Assembly: GCA_051985775.1 (NCBI GenBank)
Contig: JBPYDP010000022.1
Coordinates: 12,133 to 76,132 of the forward strand
DNA length: 64,000 nucleotides
Reading direction: 5' to 3'
DNA from: Candidatus Nitrosopolaris sp.
GTDB lineage: Archaea; Thermoproteota; Nitrososphaeria; Nitrososphaerales; Nitrososphaeraceae
The notes under the pieces: generated by a model
Databases searched by the model: none
Seen by the model: only the letters and a program-made list of their open reading frames with translations
What the model was told of the DNA's origin: nothing
Program-made: the position numbers and the translations under genes
In this document: in pieces, positions 32,271-41,629 of the stretch
Position numbering within the stretch: position 1 is the stretch's first letter
Layout: every line of letters begins with the position of its first letter

Positions 32271-32386
32271 GTTGATGTGTGATATTAAACTACCCAGGGT
32301 GGTTGCAAGATTGATTCTAGCCCTGTGATTCCCAAAGTTAGTGACCTACTATAAGCCATATCCGACCGATTTATCCATATCCTGCC

Positions 32387-33136
32387 TTGCTACTTGAGGC
32401 GGAAGATCATCATCTTCAGGAGTCATATTTGGTGATATCAGATTTGCATATTGGATATGAAGCGACTCTGAAGTCAGAGGGTATTTCATTACAACTCAAA
32501 GATTCCAATTACAGTGTCCAGCATGACCTGGTTGAGCTTATCCAATTGACTCGTGCGAATAAAGTGATCCTCCTTGGAGATATAAAAGCCTCTACAAAGT
32601 GTATAAGCAAGCTAGAATGGCGATATGTCCCAGAATTTTTTGATTTTATTTCAAGACATGCAAGCATATACCTTGTACCTGGTAACCACGACGGTAACAT
32701 CGGTGTGTTACTCCCCCAATCCGTCACCATCGGAAGCGTTAAGGGTATCGTGCTGGCCGATACCTTACTGACACATGGTCATACGATGCCTTCAACCAGC
32801 AGGGAATCGATTAAAAGAATTGTAATGGGGCACATCCACCCTACCTACTCTAGAGAAAATAGCATTATAAATTCGCAGCGGGTGTGGTTCTTCCTCAAAG
32901 CAAGAAAAGAAAAAATATTCAATGGTTCAGAAGGCTTAGTAGATATTGTGATCTTACCATGTTTTAATGGTGAGATATATTTAGCAAGGCACAAGAGCTC
33001 AGTTCATGTTTCGCCAATAATTAGAAGGGTAGTTGAGTACAACGCAATTCGGTCAGCTTTGGCCGTAACACTCGACGGATCAATAATTGCAGGCGATCAT
33101 GATGCATTAGCAATGCTTTCATCTAGTAGTGCTTGA
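32387..33136 (+). CDS. metallophosphoesterase (calcineurin-like); start uncertain
   Basis: DLH, GD, GNHD, HGH and GHIHP motifs. Confidence 0.88.
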   Translation: MLLEAEDHHLQESYLVISDLHIGYEATLKSEGISLQLKDSNYSVQHDLVELIQLTRANKVILLGDIKASTKCISKLEWRYVPEFFDFISRHASIYLVPGNHDGNIGVLLPQSVTIGSVKGIVLADTLLTHGHTMPSTSRESIKRIVMGHIHPTYSRENSIINSQRVWFFLKARKEKIFNGSEGLVDIVILPCFNGEIYLARHKSSVHVSPIIRRVVEYNAIRSALAVTLDGSIIAGDHDALAMLSSSSA

Positions 33137-33165
33137 TTAGCAATGCTTTCATCTAGTAGTGCTTG
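33106..33165 (+). repeat. perfect 30-bp tandem duplication
   Basis: ATTAGCAATGCTTTCATCTAGTAGTGCTTG at 33106-33135 and 33136-33165. Confidence 0.95.
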
Positions 33166-33186
33166 AGACGAAGCAGAGATCTTTTC

Positions 33187-36100
33187 TCACAGGTTAACAT
33201 AATCTCGCAAGGAGGTAAGTGTTGGACTGTTTGTTCTCAACCACTCAAGGCATTTGATGAAGGAATTTGCAGCCTCTAAAGTTGTAAGAACTGGCACGCC
33301 TGCCTCGACCGCTTTTCGTCTAATCTGGTACTCGTCATCCAACATTCCGACGTACTTTTCAATGGTAGATGTCGAGGGAATATTTATGATAAAATTGATT
33401 TTACGTTCAAAAAGCAGATCGGATATATTGGGCTTTCTATCTGGTTCACTAATTTTATAGATCTTTTGAACATCTTTCAGTCCGTTGCTCATCAAAAATT
33501 CGGCAGTATGCTCAGTAGCCATAATCCTGTATCCAAGACGTGAGAGAAGGGAAATCAAAGGCGACAGCTTTTCCTTATTTTTATGGCCACCAATAGTAAT
33601 TAAGGCTGACCCCGTCGAGGGGAGTGTATATCCAGCAGCCATAAAAGCTTTTGAGAGTGCATCATAGAAACTATTTCCAAAACACGCGACTTCTCCGGTA
33701 GATTGCATTTCCACGCTCAATACAATGTCAGCACCTTCCAATTGCATAAATGAAAATTGTGGGACTTTAATTCCGAAACCCGAAATTTTTGACCAAGTGT
33801 CATTCAAAACCAAGGGCAAGTTTTTCCCCATCATGGCTTTGGATGCTAAATTAATTAGGTTCATCCCGACGAATTTTGATACAAAGGGCATAGATCTGGA
33901 GGCTCTGATATTCGCCTCTATCACCAACACCTCATCATCCTTTATTATATACTGGATGTTAAAGGGACCCCTAACATTTAATGCGGTGCCTATCCTTTTA
34001 GAATAGTCAATTAGCGTTTCAACAGTTTTTCTGTCAAGCCTCCAAGGAGGTATGCACATAACTGCATCACCGGAATGGATTCCTGCATTATCGATGTGTT
34101 CTATAACTGATCCGATTAGTATCCCGTTCACACTGCCCACAGCATCAACCTCTACCTCGGATGCATCTTGTAAGAATTTACTTATAACTATTGGATGATC
34201 AGGACTAACTTTTGTAGCCTCATTCAAAAATTGTTCCAATTGTTGCTCTGCCCAGACTGTTTTCATGGCTACACCACTAAGAACATACGAGGGTCTGACC
34301 AAAACAGGATATCCGACAGACAAAGCAAATCCCTTTGCTTCCTCTATATTAGTAAACGTTCTCCACGATGGCTGGCCGATCTTCAGAGTCTCGAGTAGCT
34401 TTCCAAACTTTTCTCTATTCTCTGCTTTGTCTACGTCTTCACTACTTGTGCCAATAATTTTAATGCCTTGTTTGGCTAACCTAGGAGCAACGTTGTTAGC
34501 AGTCTGTCCACCAACACAAGTTACTATTCCTTCGGGGTTTTCCTTTTCGAATATATCCAAAATTCTCTCAAAAGTGAGCTCTTCAAAGTAGAGCCTATCA
34601 GAAATATCGTAATCAGTAGACACCGTTTCAGGATTACAATTTATTATCGATACCTCCCTCGCGCCATTCTCCTGTAAACCCCAGACAGTGTTGACAGTAC
34701 CCCAATCAAATTCTACACTACTTCCTATTCGATAGGGCCCAGCACCTAGTACAATTATCCTTCCACTATTGTCTGCTTTGATCTCTATATCGTCGAATTG
34801 GCCTCCGTAAGTTAAATAAAGGTAATTTGTCTTAGCAGGCCACTCAGCGGCAAGGGTGTCGATCTGCTTTGTTACAGGCGTTATTCCGAAGGTGTGTCTC
34901 AAGATTCTTATTTTCAACTCATCAATTCCCAAGCATTTTCCTATCTGTTTGTCTGCGAAACCTAGCCTCTTAGCTTCTTTGAGGTTAGCTTGATTAAGTC
35001 CGGATCGCTGAAGCAAGACATATTCCATGTCGACAATACTTTTGATACGAATTAGAAACCACGAATCTATAGAGCTAAGCATATTGATCCTTTGAATAGT
35101 CAATCCCTCTCGCATCGCCTTTACTACATCGAATAATATTTCGTCCGTCGGGTAAAGTAATGCCTGTTCTATTGATTCGATACTTTCGATGTTCTCTTTA
35201 GCAGGGCTATTGTTGGCCGTTACTTCTTCAGGAAGTGTGTCATTTGATATATTCAATGGTACTGGATTTGACCCGCTGAATCGATTTGTTGTCTCAGTGG
35301 GTACATGATGATATCCGCCAGCTCCCATTTTCGGGTTCGCTACAAGACCGTCCTTTCCTATTTCAGCCATTCTTATCGCCTTTTGCAATACTTCCTCGAA
35401 GCTTCGTCCAATAGCCATCACTTCCCCTACAGATTTCATAGTACTACCAAGTTTTCGTTTCACTCGCTCAAATTTACGAAAGTCCCAACGAGGGAGTTTA
35501 AGTACGACGTAGTCTAGTGAGGGTTCAAAGCATGCAGTAGTTACCTTAGTAATCCGATTTATTAGTTCAGGTAGCGTATAACCAAGAGAAATCTTGGCAG
35601 CCATATATGCTAGTGGATAACCCGTCGCTTTGCTGGCAAGCGCTGAAGATCTAGACAATCTGGCATTAATCTCTATGACGCAATATTTTTGGGAACTTGG
35701 ATCAAGTCCAAATTGCACATTGCATTCACCAATCACACCGCAATGAGAAGTAGCCCGTTGGGCAGCTGATCTAAGCAAATGATATTCAGAATTATTTAGC
35801 GTTTGCGACGGTGCCACTACGATATTGTCTCCGGTGTGAACCTTCATACCAAGCATATTTTCCATATTGCAGACGGTAACACAATTTCCGTGACTATCTC
35901 GCATTACTTCGTATTCAATTTGCTTCCAGCTACCAACATATTTCTCAATAAGAACCTGTCCGACCATACTGAGAGATAGACCCCTTCTTACAATTTCTTG
36001 AAATTCAAATTCATTGAAAGCCACACCCCCTCCTCGTCCACCAAGTGTATATGCTACCCTAACTATGACTGGATAACCGATTGCATCAGAGACCTTACTC

Positions 36101-36586
36101 GCTTCCTCAACGGAATATGCAGAGGCACTGCATAAGGTTGGAACACCACAAGAATTCATTGCCTCTTTGAAGAGCTGCCTATCTTCGGTTATTTCAATTC
36201 CATTAACGGGAGTGCCTAATATTTTGATTCCATATTTTTTCAATATCCCAAGTTTGTCTAGTGCGACACCACAATTTAGCGCGGTTTGTCCCCCGAAACT
36301 AAGCATTATTGAATCCGGGCGCTCGGCCTCAATGATTTTTTCAACATATCTTGGGTTGATAGGGAGTAGGTAAACCTTATTTGCAAATCTAGTATCCGTC
36401 TGAATGGTTGCTATATTAGGGTTAATTAAGACACTTGTAATTTCATCCTCGCGTAATGCTTTGAGGCATTGCGAACCGGAATAGTCAAAATGGCGGTCAT
36501 CTTACTTGACTTTCGCCGGCTTCTCCGATTTTGATTGCCCCACTTCCGAGTACGAGAATTTTTTTTAAACTTTCATTCTTTGGCAA
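33187..36586 (-). CDS. carB: carbamoyl-phosphate synthase large subunit, split into exon 1 (36586-36512) and exon 2 (36489-33187); 1125 aa when joined
   Basis: GAGGAGG SD plus TTG gives MPKNESLKKILVLGSGAIKIGEAGE. After 22 nt the frame resumes FDYSGSQCLKALRE...NPNIATIQTD and runs into the 1039-aa ORF (two ATP-grasp domains plus MGS). Confidence 0.95.
36490..36511 (-). other. putative 22-nt mRNA intron with bulge-helix-bulge/loop splice motif
   Basis: Pre-mRNA GGCG-AA^A-GUCA-AGUAAGA-UGAC-CGCC-AU^U: 4-bp central helix, 3-nt bulge, 4-bp intron stem. Canonical cut positions restore GAA|UUU (E|F). Confidence 0.88.
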
Positions 36587-37922
36587 ATTTCCTCCTCACA
36601 TGTCTTTCCTTTTTCAAAATAGAACTAGTCTTACAAGTCTGCGGATTATGTACGTTATGATTCACTCTAGTAGTACTCCTTGATAGCGTATTTCCTTCTT
36701 CTTTATCAAGCAACTCCTTGAATCGATCGAAAACGAAAATGCAGTCGTAGGGTCCTGGCGAGGCTTCGGGATGAAATTGGACCGCAATAATTGGTTTGGA
36801 TGTATGCTCTATCCCCTCTATAGTCTCGTCATCAGCGTTAGAAAACCAAACCTGAAAACCAGTTCCCTCCAAGCTATCAGGCAAAATGCCATATCCGTGA
36901 TTCTGGCTAGTTATGTAAGTTTGTCTATTTCGGAGATCAATACAAGGTTTATTCTGCCCCCGATGACCAAATTTCAGTTTATAGGTGTCTGCACCAGCAG
37001 CTAGAGCCAAAATTTGGTGTCCTAGACAAATACCCAAAGTTGGAATTGATCCCTGTATGAGATCGCTAGCAGTCTCTATTGCTATTTTGCATTCTTTTGG
37101 ATTCCCCGGACCATTGCTAATTACTATGCCCTTAGGATTGTAGGACATTATCTGTTGATAAGTTGAATTCCACGGCAGACATATGACTCTAAAGCCTATT
37201 CTGAGTATATTGCGTATGATGCTGTTTTTTGTGCCCGTATCAAGTAATACTACTGTCTTGAAGGACTTAGAACCGTACTCTCTAGGGAATTTTGTAGAAA
37301 CTTCTGGCATGAAATCTTCTTCCTCGTATTGGTGGTTTTCCAATAGAAGTGACAATCTTTTTGAGACCTCAGACTCAAAGCTAGTTTCATGAACTTGTGA
37401 TGGCCAAGTACCCATGGCCCCACTTATGGACCCGTTGATCCTCAACCTTTTGGTCAACTCTCGAGTATCTACGTTGCAAATTCCTGGTATGCGCTCTTCG
37501 TATAGCCACTCATCGAGAGTCTTAATGCAATTCCAGTGGCTAGCTGCCGCTGATAATTCATGAATTATCAAGCCTCTTATTTGGATTCGATTCGACTCAA
37601 AGTATCTAGGCAAGCCGAATTCGTCAACCTCCTCAGGCTTTGGGACACCGTAGTTCCCTATGAGGGGGTAAGTAAGACACAATATCTGTCCTCGGTAGGA
37701 AGGATCTGTGAGCGTTTCAGTGTAGCCGACCATACCTGTATTGAATACAACCTCTCCGACAACTTCACTCGGGTAACCAAAGCCAATTCCTTCGAACGTG
37801 CTACCATCCCCTAGCAAAAGTATGCCATGGTCCCCGAAATGCGTGCGACGAAGTGTTGGAATTTTAGACCATAAGCAACTCTTTGGAACTGCAAATTTAA
37901 GTTTTGCTCTTGATGCTCCCAT
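36573..37922 (-). CDS. carA: carbamoyl-phosphate synthase small subunit
   Basis: FNTGMVGY, DPSY, SNGPGNP, GICLGHQ, QNHG, QFHPE; overlaps the carB start. Confidence 0.96.
   Translation of the reverse strand: MGASRAKLKFAVPKSCLWSKIPTLRRTHFGDHGILLLGDGSTFEGIGFGYPSEVVGEVVFNTGMVGYTETLTDPSYRGQILCLTYPLIGNYGVPKPEEVDEFGLPRYFESNRIQIRGLIIHELSAAASHWNCIKTLDEWLYEERIPGICNVDTRELTKRLRINGSISGAMGTWPSQVHETSFESEVSKRLSLLLENHQYEEEDFMPEVSTKFPREYGSKSFKTVVLLDTGTKNSIIRNILRIGFRVICLPWNSTYQQIMSYNPKGIVISNGPGNPKECKIAIETASDLIQGSIPTLGICLGHQILALAAGADTYKLKFGHRGQNKPCIDLRNRQTYITSQNHGYGILPDSLEGTGFQVWFSNADDETIEGIEHTSKPIIAVQFHPEASPGPYDCIFVFDRFKELLDKEEGNTLSRSTTRVNHNVHNPQTCKTSSILKKERHVRRKFAKE
36591..36597 (-). promoter_or_regulatory. 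Shine-Dalgarno site for carB (within the 3' end of carA)
   Basis: GAGGAGG 4 nt before the TTG at 36586. Confidence 0.75.
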
Positions 37923-38450
37923 CTCAAGAATGATTGCACACCTCAGTTGAATTTAGCATCAAAAACAATTGTCACCTAACAGCGGTGTTGGGTTTCTGAT
38001 TTCTTAAAACTCATTCAACTGTCCTTCATAAATCGAACCTCATTATGAAGCCTGCTTGCAGCTAATGCTTTGGTTGCTTGTTGCAGTTTAGCTTGTATAA
38101 CGATCCTTATCTATCTTGAGTTATATCCGTGGTAGCCACATAAGTGCGCATACTGTTTGTACGCCTACGTCAGTACTGACTTGGCGTGATCGATGGTTCT
38201 GCCTACGTGAGTTCCTGTTTTCACTCCTTAAAAGTCATTTCCAAATCCTATGCGAATAAGTCACGGATTAGAATAACTAATTAGATAATATTGGTGAGAA
38301 TCTAAGTCACTGTTGTGCCAAGTAGATGAACAGTTTAGAGACCTGACAGGCCACAAAAAATTATGCCAATCGAATAATTCTTCTAAGTTAATAAATGACT
38401 GAGTTAATCAATCACTAAGTAAATATATACTACAAGGCTTCTTTTTCTGG

Positions 38451-38963
38451 ATGCCAAAGAAAGGTAGGCGGCAACAGAATTTCAAGGATAGGAAGTCAAA
38501 ATTTTCGAAATATAAATATACCATAGCAATTTTTGCTGGGATAGCAGTCATCGTCTCGATAGCCGCCTTTTTTGGAGTACATTCGTTGATACCCGTAAAC
38601 GGCAACGTCCCAGTTTTTTCTCCCCCAGTAAATACCTTCATGAAGGCAACATACTCTCCTCAAACTGGATATGTTTTCACAAGCCAATCCTCAACTGCCA
38701 CACGAGGCACTAACATGACAGGCTACAACAGTCCAACCATTGTATTAAAGTTTGGGGCACTTGACTCCATTCATTTGATTAATGAAGACTCAGAGACCCG
38801 TTCTCTACATAACTTCAATATTGACGCGTTTAACGTACATACAAAAAACCTCAGCTACTTTGAAAGCCAATCTCAGACGTTTATCGCTAATAAGATCGGA
38901 ACCTTCGCTTACTACGACAGTATTCATCCGGAAATGAGGGGGTTAATAAAAGTTGAACAGTGA
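38451..38963 (+). CDS. membrane-anchored cupredoxin-like protein
   Basis: Basic N-terminus plus transmembrane helix; HNFNI and GTFAYYDSIHPEMRG. Confidence 0.7.
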   Translation: MPKKGRRQQNFKDRKSKFSKYKYTIAIFAGIAVIVSIAAFFGVHSLIPVNGNVPVFSPPVNTFMKATYSPQTGYVFTSQSSTATRGTNMTGYNSPTIVLKFGALDSIHLINEDSETRSLHNFNIDAFNVHTKNLSYFESQSQTFIANKIGTFAYYDSIHPEMRGLIKVEQ

Positions 38964-38996
38964 GCGGTCCGAACACGTAGTAGTAGCTTGAGATTG

Positions 38997-39521
38997 TCAC
39001 TTAAGCCGATCGATCGGTATGTCCTGGTATAATCCGTTAGGTAGGACACGCCTAATGGATATCGGGAGTGCTCTTGCAAGCAATTCAGCAGTAGCCAAAG
39101 AGACTGAATCTTTGAGATGTGGAGGTACAATGATAAAAGATGGAGCTCCCAATGAAAGCTGTAAGGACCTCGCACCAGTGATTCTCGCCTTTTCGAACCT
39201 CGTTACATGTGTAGGACCAATCAGAACTTGGCGATCATTCGGGGAGATCTCGGTTAGCGAGAAATCAGGTTCGGCATAGGTGACGACTTCCTCAATAGGA
39301 CGATTAGACTTCGCGAGTGGCTGTTCTTCGAGTTGTATTTGGGAGTATTCCGTATTGGCTTCGCGTTCTTGGGATTTTTTTTTAGCCGAGGTGGACGCCC
39401 CTCGCTTAAGAGTGGTTTTTTTTGTAGAGTCGGCTCGCTTAACAGTTTTTGATTTAATCTTTTTGGAAGAGGTCCTTTGACTAGAATGTTTAACCACCAA
39501 GAATGCTCCAAAAGATAACAA
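38997..39521 (-). CDS. rpoK: RNA polymerase subunit Rpo6 (K) with Lys-rich N-terminal extension
   Basis: TRFEKARITGARSLQLSLGAP...PISIRR. Confidence 0.93.
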   Translation of the reverse strand: MLSFGAFLVVKHSSQRTSSKKIKSKTVKRADSTKKTTLKRGASTSAKKKSQEREANTEYSQIQLEEQPLAKSNRPIEEVVTYAEPDFSLTEISPNDRQVLIGPTHVTRFEKARITGARSLQLSLGAPSFIIVPPHLKDSVSLATAELLARALPISIRRVLPNGLYQDIPIDRLK

Positions 39522-39590
39522 TTATATAATTAAATGTTGCGAATTTTTCAATGTTACGTCATCCCGTCCAGATGAGATCTACATAGTAAT

Positions 39591-39965
39591 ATGCTCAAAA
39601 ACGTCTCTAGAGTACCTGTCGTATTGGAGATCCTCTCCAAAGGGGAAATGGAATGTGTATGTATTCGTCATCTATCTCCGCTCACCGTCTCTAAGCTGCT
39701 TAGCCGTCTTCCCATAAGGGGCAGGATAAACAAACTAGGCGATGGAATCATATATATTGAAACTGGATTGAATTTAGGCAGAGAGAAACAGAGATCTACT
39801 TTTAAACAAGGCGAAGTGGCTTATCTACCTTCTAATGGTTCTCTATGTGTGTTTCTTAAAGATAAGGAAGCATATAGCATGAATCCTATTGGGTTAGTGA
39901 CGAATAGACTAAACCTAGCAGAAAATGCTAAATCAGGAGATGTGATGGTATTGAGGGTCACCTAG
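39591..39965 (+). CDS. cyclophilin-like fold protein
   Basis: SPLTV..LP..G...IY.ETG...GEVAY.P...LCVF...MNPIG. Confidence 0.75.
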   Translation: MLKNVSRVPVVLEILSKGEMECVCIRHLSPLTVSKLLSRLPIRGRINKLGDGIIYIETGLNLGREKQRSTFKQGEVAYLPSNGSLCVFLKDKEAYSMNPIGLVTNRLNLAENAKSGDVMVLRVT

Positions 39966-40300
39966 GAAGAATATCTTAGCTGATATATTCTGTGGCCGCT
40001 ATATCCTCCTACATTCTTGACTACGCCTTTTGTTTCCAGTGATCTGAGATAAGAATTAGCGATTGAGATCTTTACACCAGAAATTCGAGCAAGTCCTTGA
40101 ATTGTAATAGCTTTCAGATTCTGGATTGCCTTCTTACCTTGAGATTCTTCAATTAGAACTGACAGCTTCTGTTTTTGTTGTATTTTCGCTAATGGCTTTT
40201 TGATCTCTTCTTTCTTCGCTTGCCTAACTTCAGCACCATCTGAAGTCCCTGACCCTTTATTTGCTCCCAAAGGTTTTTTCTTGCCGCCGCCCAAGACCAT
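39962..40300 (-). CDS. rps25e: 30S ribosomal protein S25e
   Basis: GGGKKK N-terminus; winged helix with GVKISIAN.YLRSL and GHRIY. Confidence 0.82.
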   Translation of the reverse strand: MVLGGGKKKPLGANKGSGTSDGAEVRQAKKEEIKKPLAKIQQKQKLSVLIEESQGKKAIQNLKAITIQGLARISGVKISIANSYLRSLETKGVVKNVGGYSGHRIYQLRYSS

Positions 40301-40387
40301 AGTTACAGATTCTCAAGGTTTATAAATTATACGCCATTACTATTCTGACCTCTATGAATGCTTAACTGGGACTTTCGGGGAGTAGCA

Positions 40388-41401
40388 TCAATAACAATTA
40401 GGAAGGCCTTCCATCGCAAGATGATCGTCTAGAAGACGAACGAATTTATCGAGGGTGTTTCTTGGAATAACGGCGCCACAGGCCAAAGCATGTCCACCCC
40501 CGCTACCTCCTAATTCTGAACTGATTTGATTAACAATTCTGCCAAGGTGAATTCTGCAGAATTTGTTGCCACGTATCGAGAGAACACAGGAATCTGATTC
40601 CTTCTTGAATTTGTAAACTATCGCAACTTGTCTATCCGAAGTACCCAGAACAAAGTTTACAATCCCACTTGCAGAAAGCGTCAAACTGTTTTGTACGTAA
40701 GCAATGTTTTTAGACCTTCTTACCGATCCTTCTATTTTTTTAATAGCTTCAGAAATCTTTTGGGCGTACTTTTCGGCTATGGAAAACCCACCTTTTATAT
40801 CATGAGGATATTTCATTTCAGAAAGACGGTTGACTAGCTCTATCAGAAATTCATCGTCATTTTGCTTTGCTGAGATCATGTATGAGAGAACCGTCGATTC
40901 TAACATTAAAAATTGCCTATCATACCTTGAGACAATAGTAGATGCGACGGGCTTACTTTCCATGTAATCAGTTATAGAGCCCGCTGCAGCAAAAAAAGCA
41001 GCATGCGGTAACAGTCTCTTTTTGAATTTTTGGTAAATCTGGACACTGCTACATTCTTCGACAGAATGTATAAGCAACACGCCCATCTTTCTTAATTGTG
41101 AGGCCGTATCTCCGCTCAGGTCATGATGATCAATGTACGCTACTTTGGTGTTAGCGGAAATTATTTTTTGTAGTATGTCGACGAATTCACTCTCATTTTT
41201 CTTGCTTAGTCCCAAGTCGCTGACGAAAATCCGGTCAAGCTTGGGCAACCAGTCAGGTGTTGCAAATCTACCTAACTTAGAGATAACATTCTGATAATCT
41301 GTCAAAACGATTGTTTCAGCGCCGAACGCAGCTTTAATCAACACCGCAGAAAGTATGCCGTCAACATCTTCCTTATGAGATAGACAAGCAGTGACTGACA
41401 T
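40388..41401 (-). CDS. DHH/DHHA1 phosphoesterase
   Basis: HKEDVDG, SDLG, DHH, GGGH. Confidence 0.9.
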   Translation of the reverse strand: MSVTACLSHKEDVDGILSAVLIKAAFGAETIVLTDYQNVISKLGRFATPDWLPKLDRIFVSDLGLSKKNESEFVDILQKIISANTKVAYIDHHDLSGDTASQLRKMGVLLIHSVEECSSVQIYQKFKKRLLPHAAFFAAAGSITDYMESKPVASTIVSRYDRQFLMLESTVLSYMISAKQNDDEFLIELVNRLSEMKYPHDIKGGFSIAEKYAQKISEAIKKIEGSVRRSKNIAYVQNSLTLSASGIVNFVLGTSDRQVAIVYKFKKESDSCVLSIRGNKFCRIHLGRIVNQISSELGGSGGGHALACGAVIPRNTLDKFVRLLDDHLAMEGLPNCY

Positions 41402-41629
41402 CTTTTGGTTTCGTATTAAAAGTCCTTTGTATAAACATTTTGATACCTACTTTAGTGTGTAATCTGGATGGACAAAAGGATAAAAGGGCTCCTGCAATAA
41501 AACGAATGAAGTCACCTACATATAGCTAATTCAAGGAACAGAAAGACCTTAATTTTCAGTAGAACTCATTAGCAGTTTATGCAATTTGGGCAAGTCCCAA
41601 TCTTACAGAAAAAATTTACAAGACAGTGT

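Noticed and set aside
35185-35335. Insertion of about 45-50 aa in CarB (GAGGYHHVPTE...NNSPAKE) as a second intron or an intein
   Set aside because: It is in frame, has no splice motif I could find and no intein termini. It looks like a variable linker.
33187-36306. ORF-track start of carB (MLSFGGQTALN) or a pseudogene call
   Set aside because: CarB homology continues 61 codons upstream in frame, then another 25 codons beyond the 22-nt insert. The rest of the gene shows no decay, and a structured intron explains the break better.
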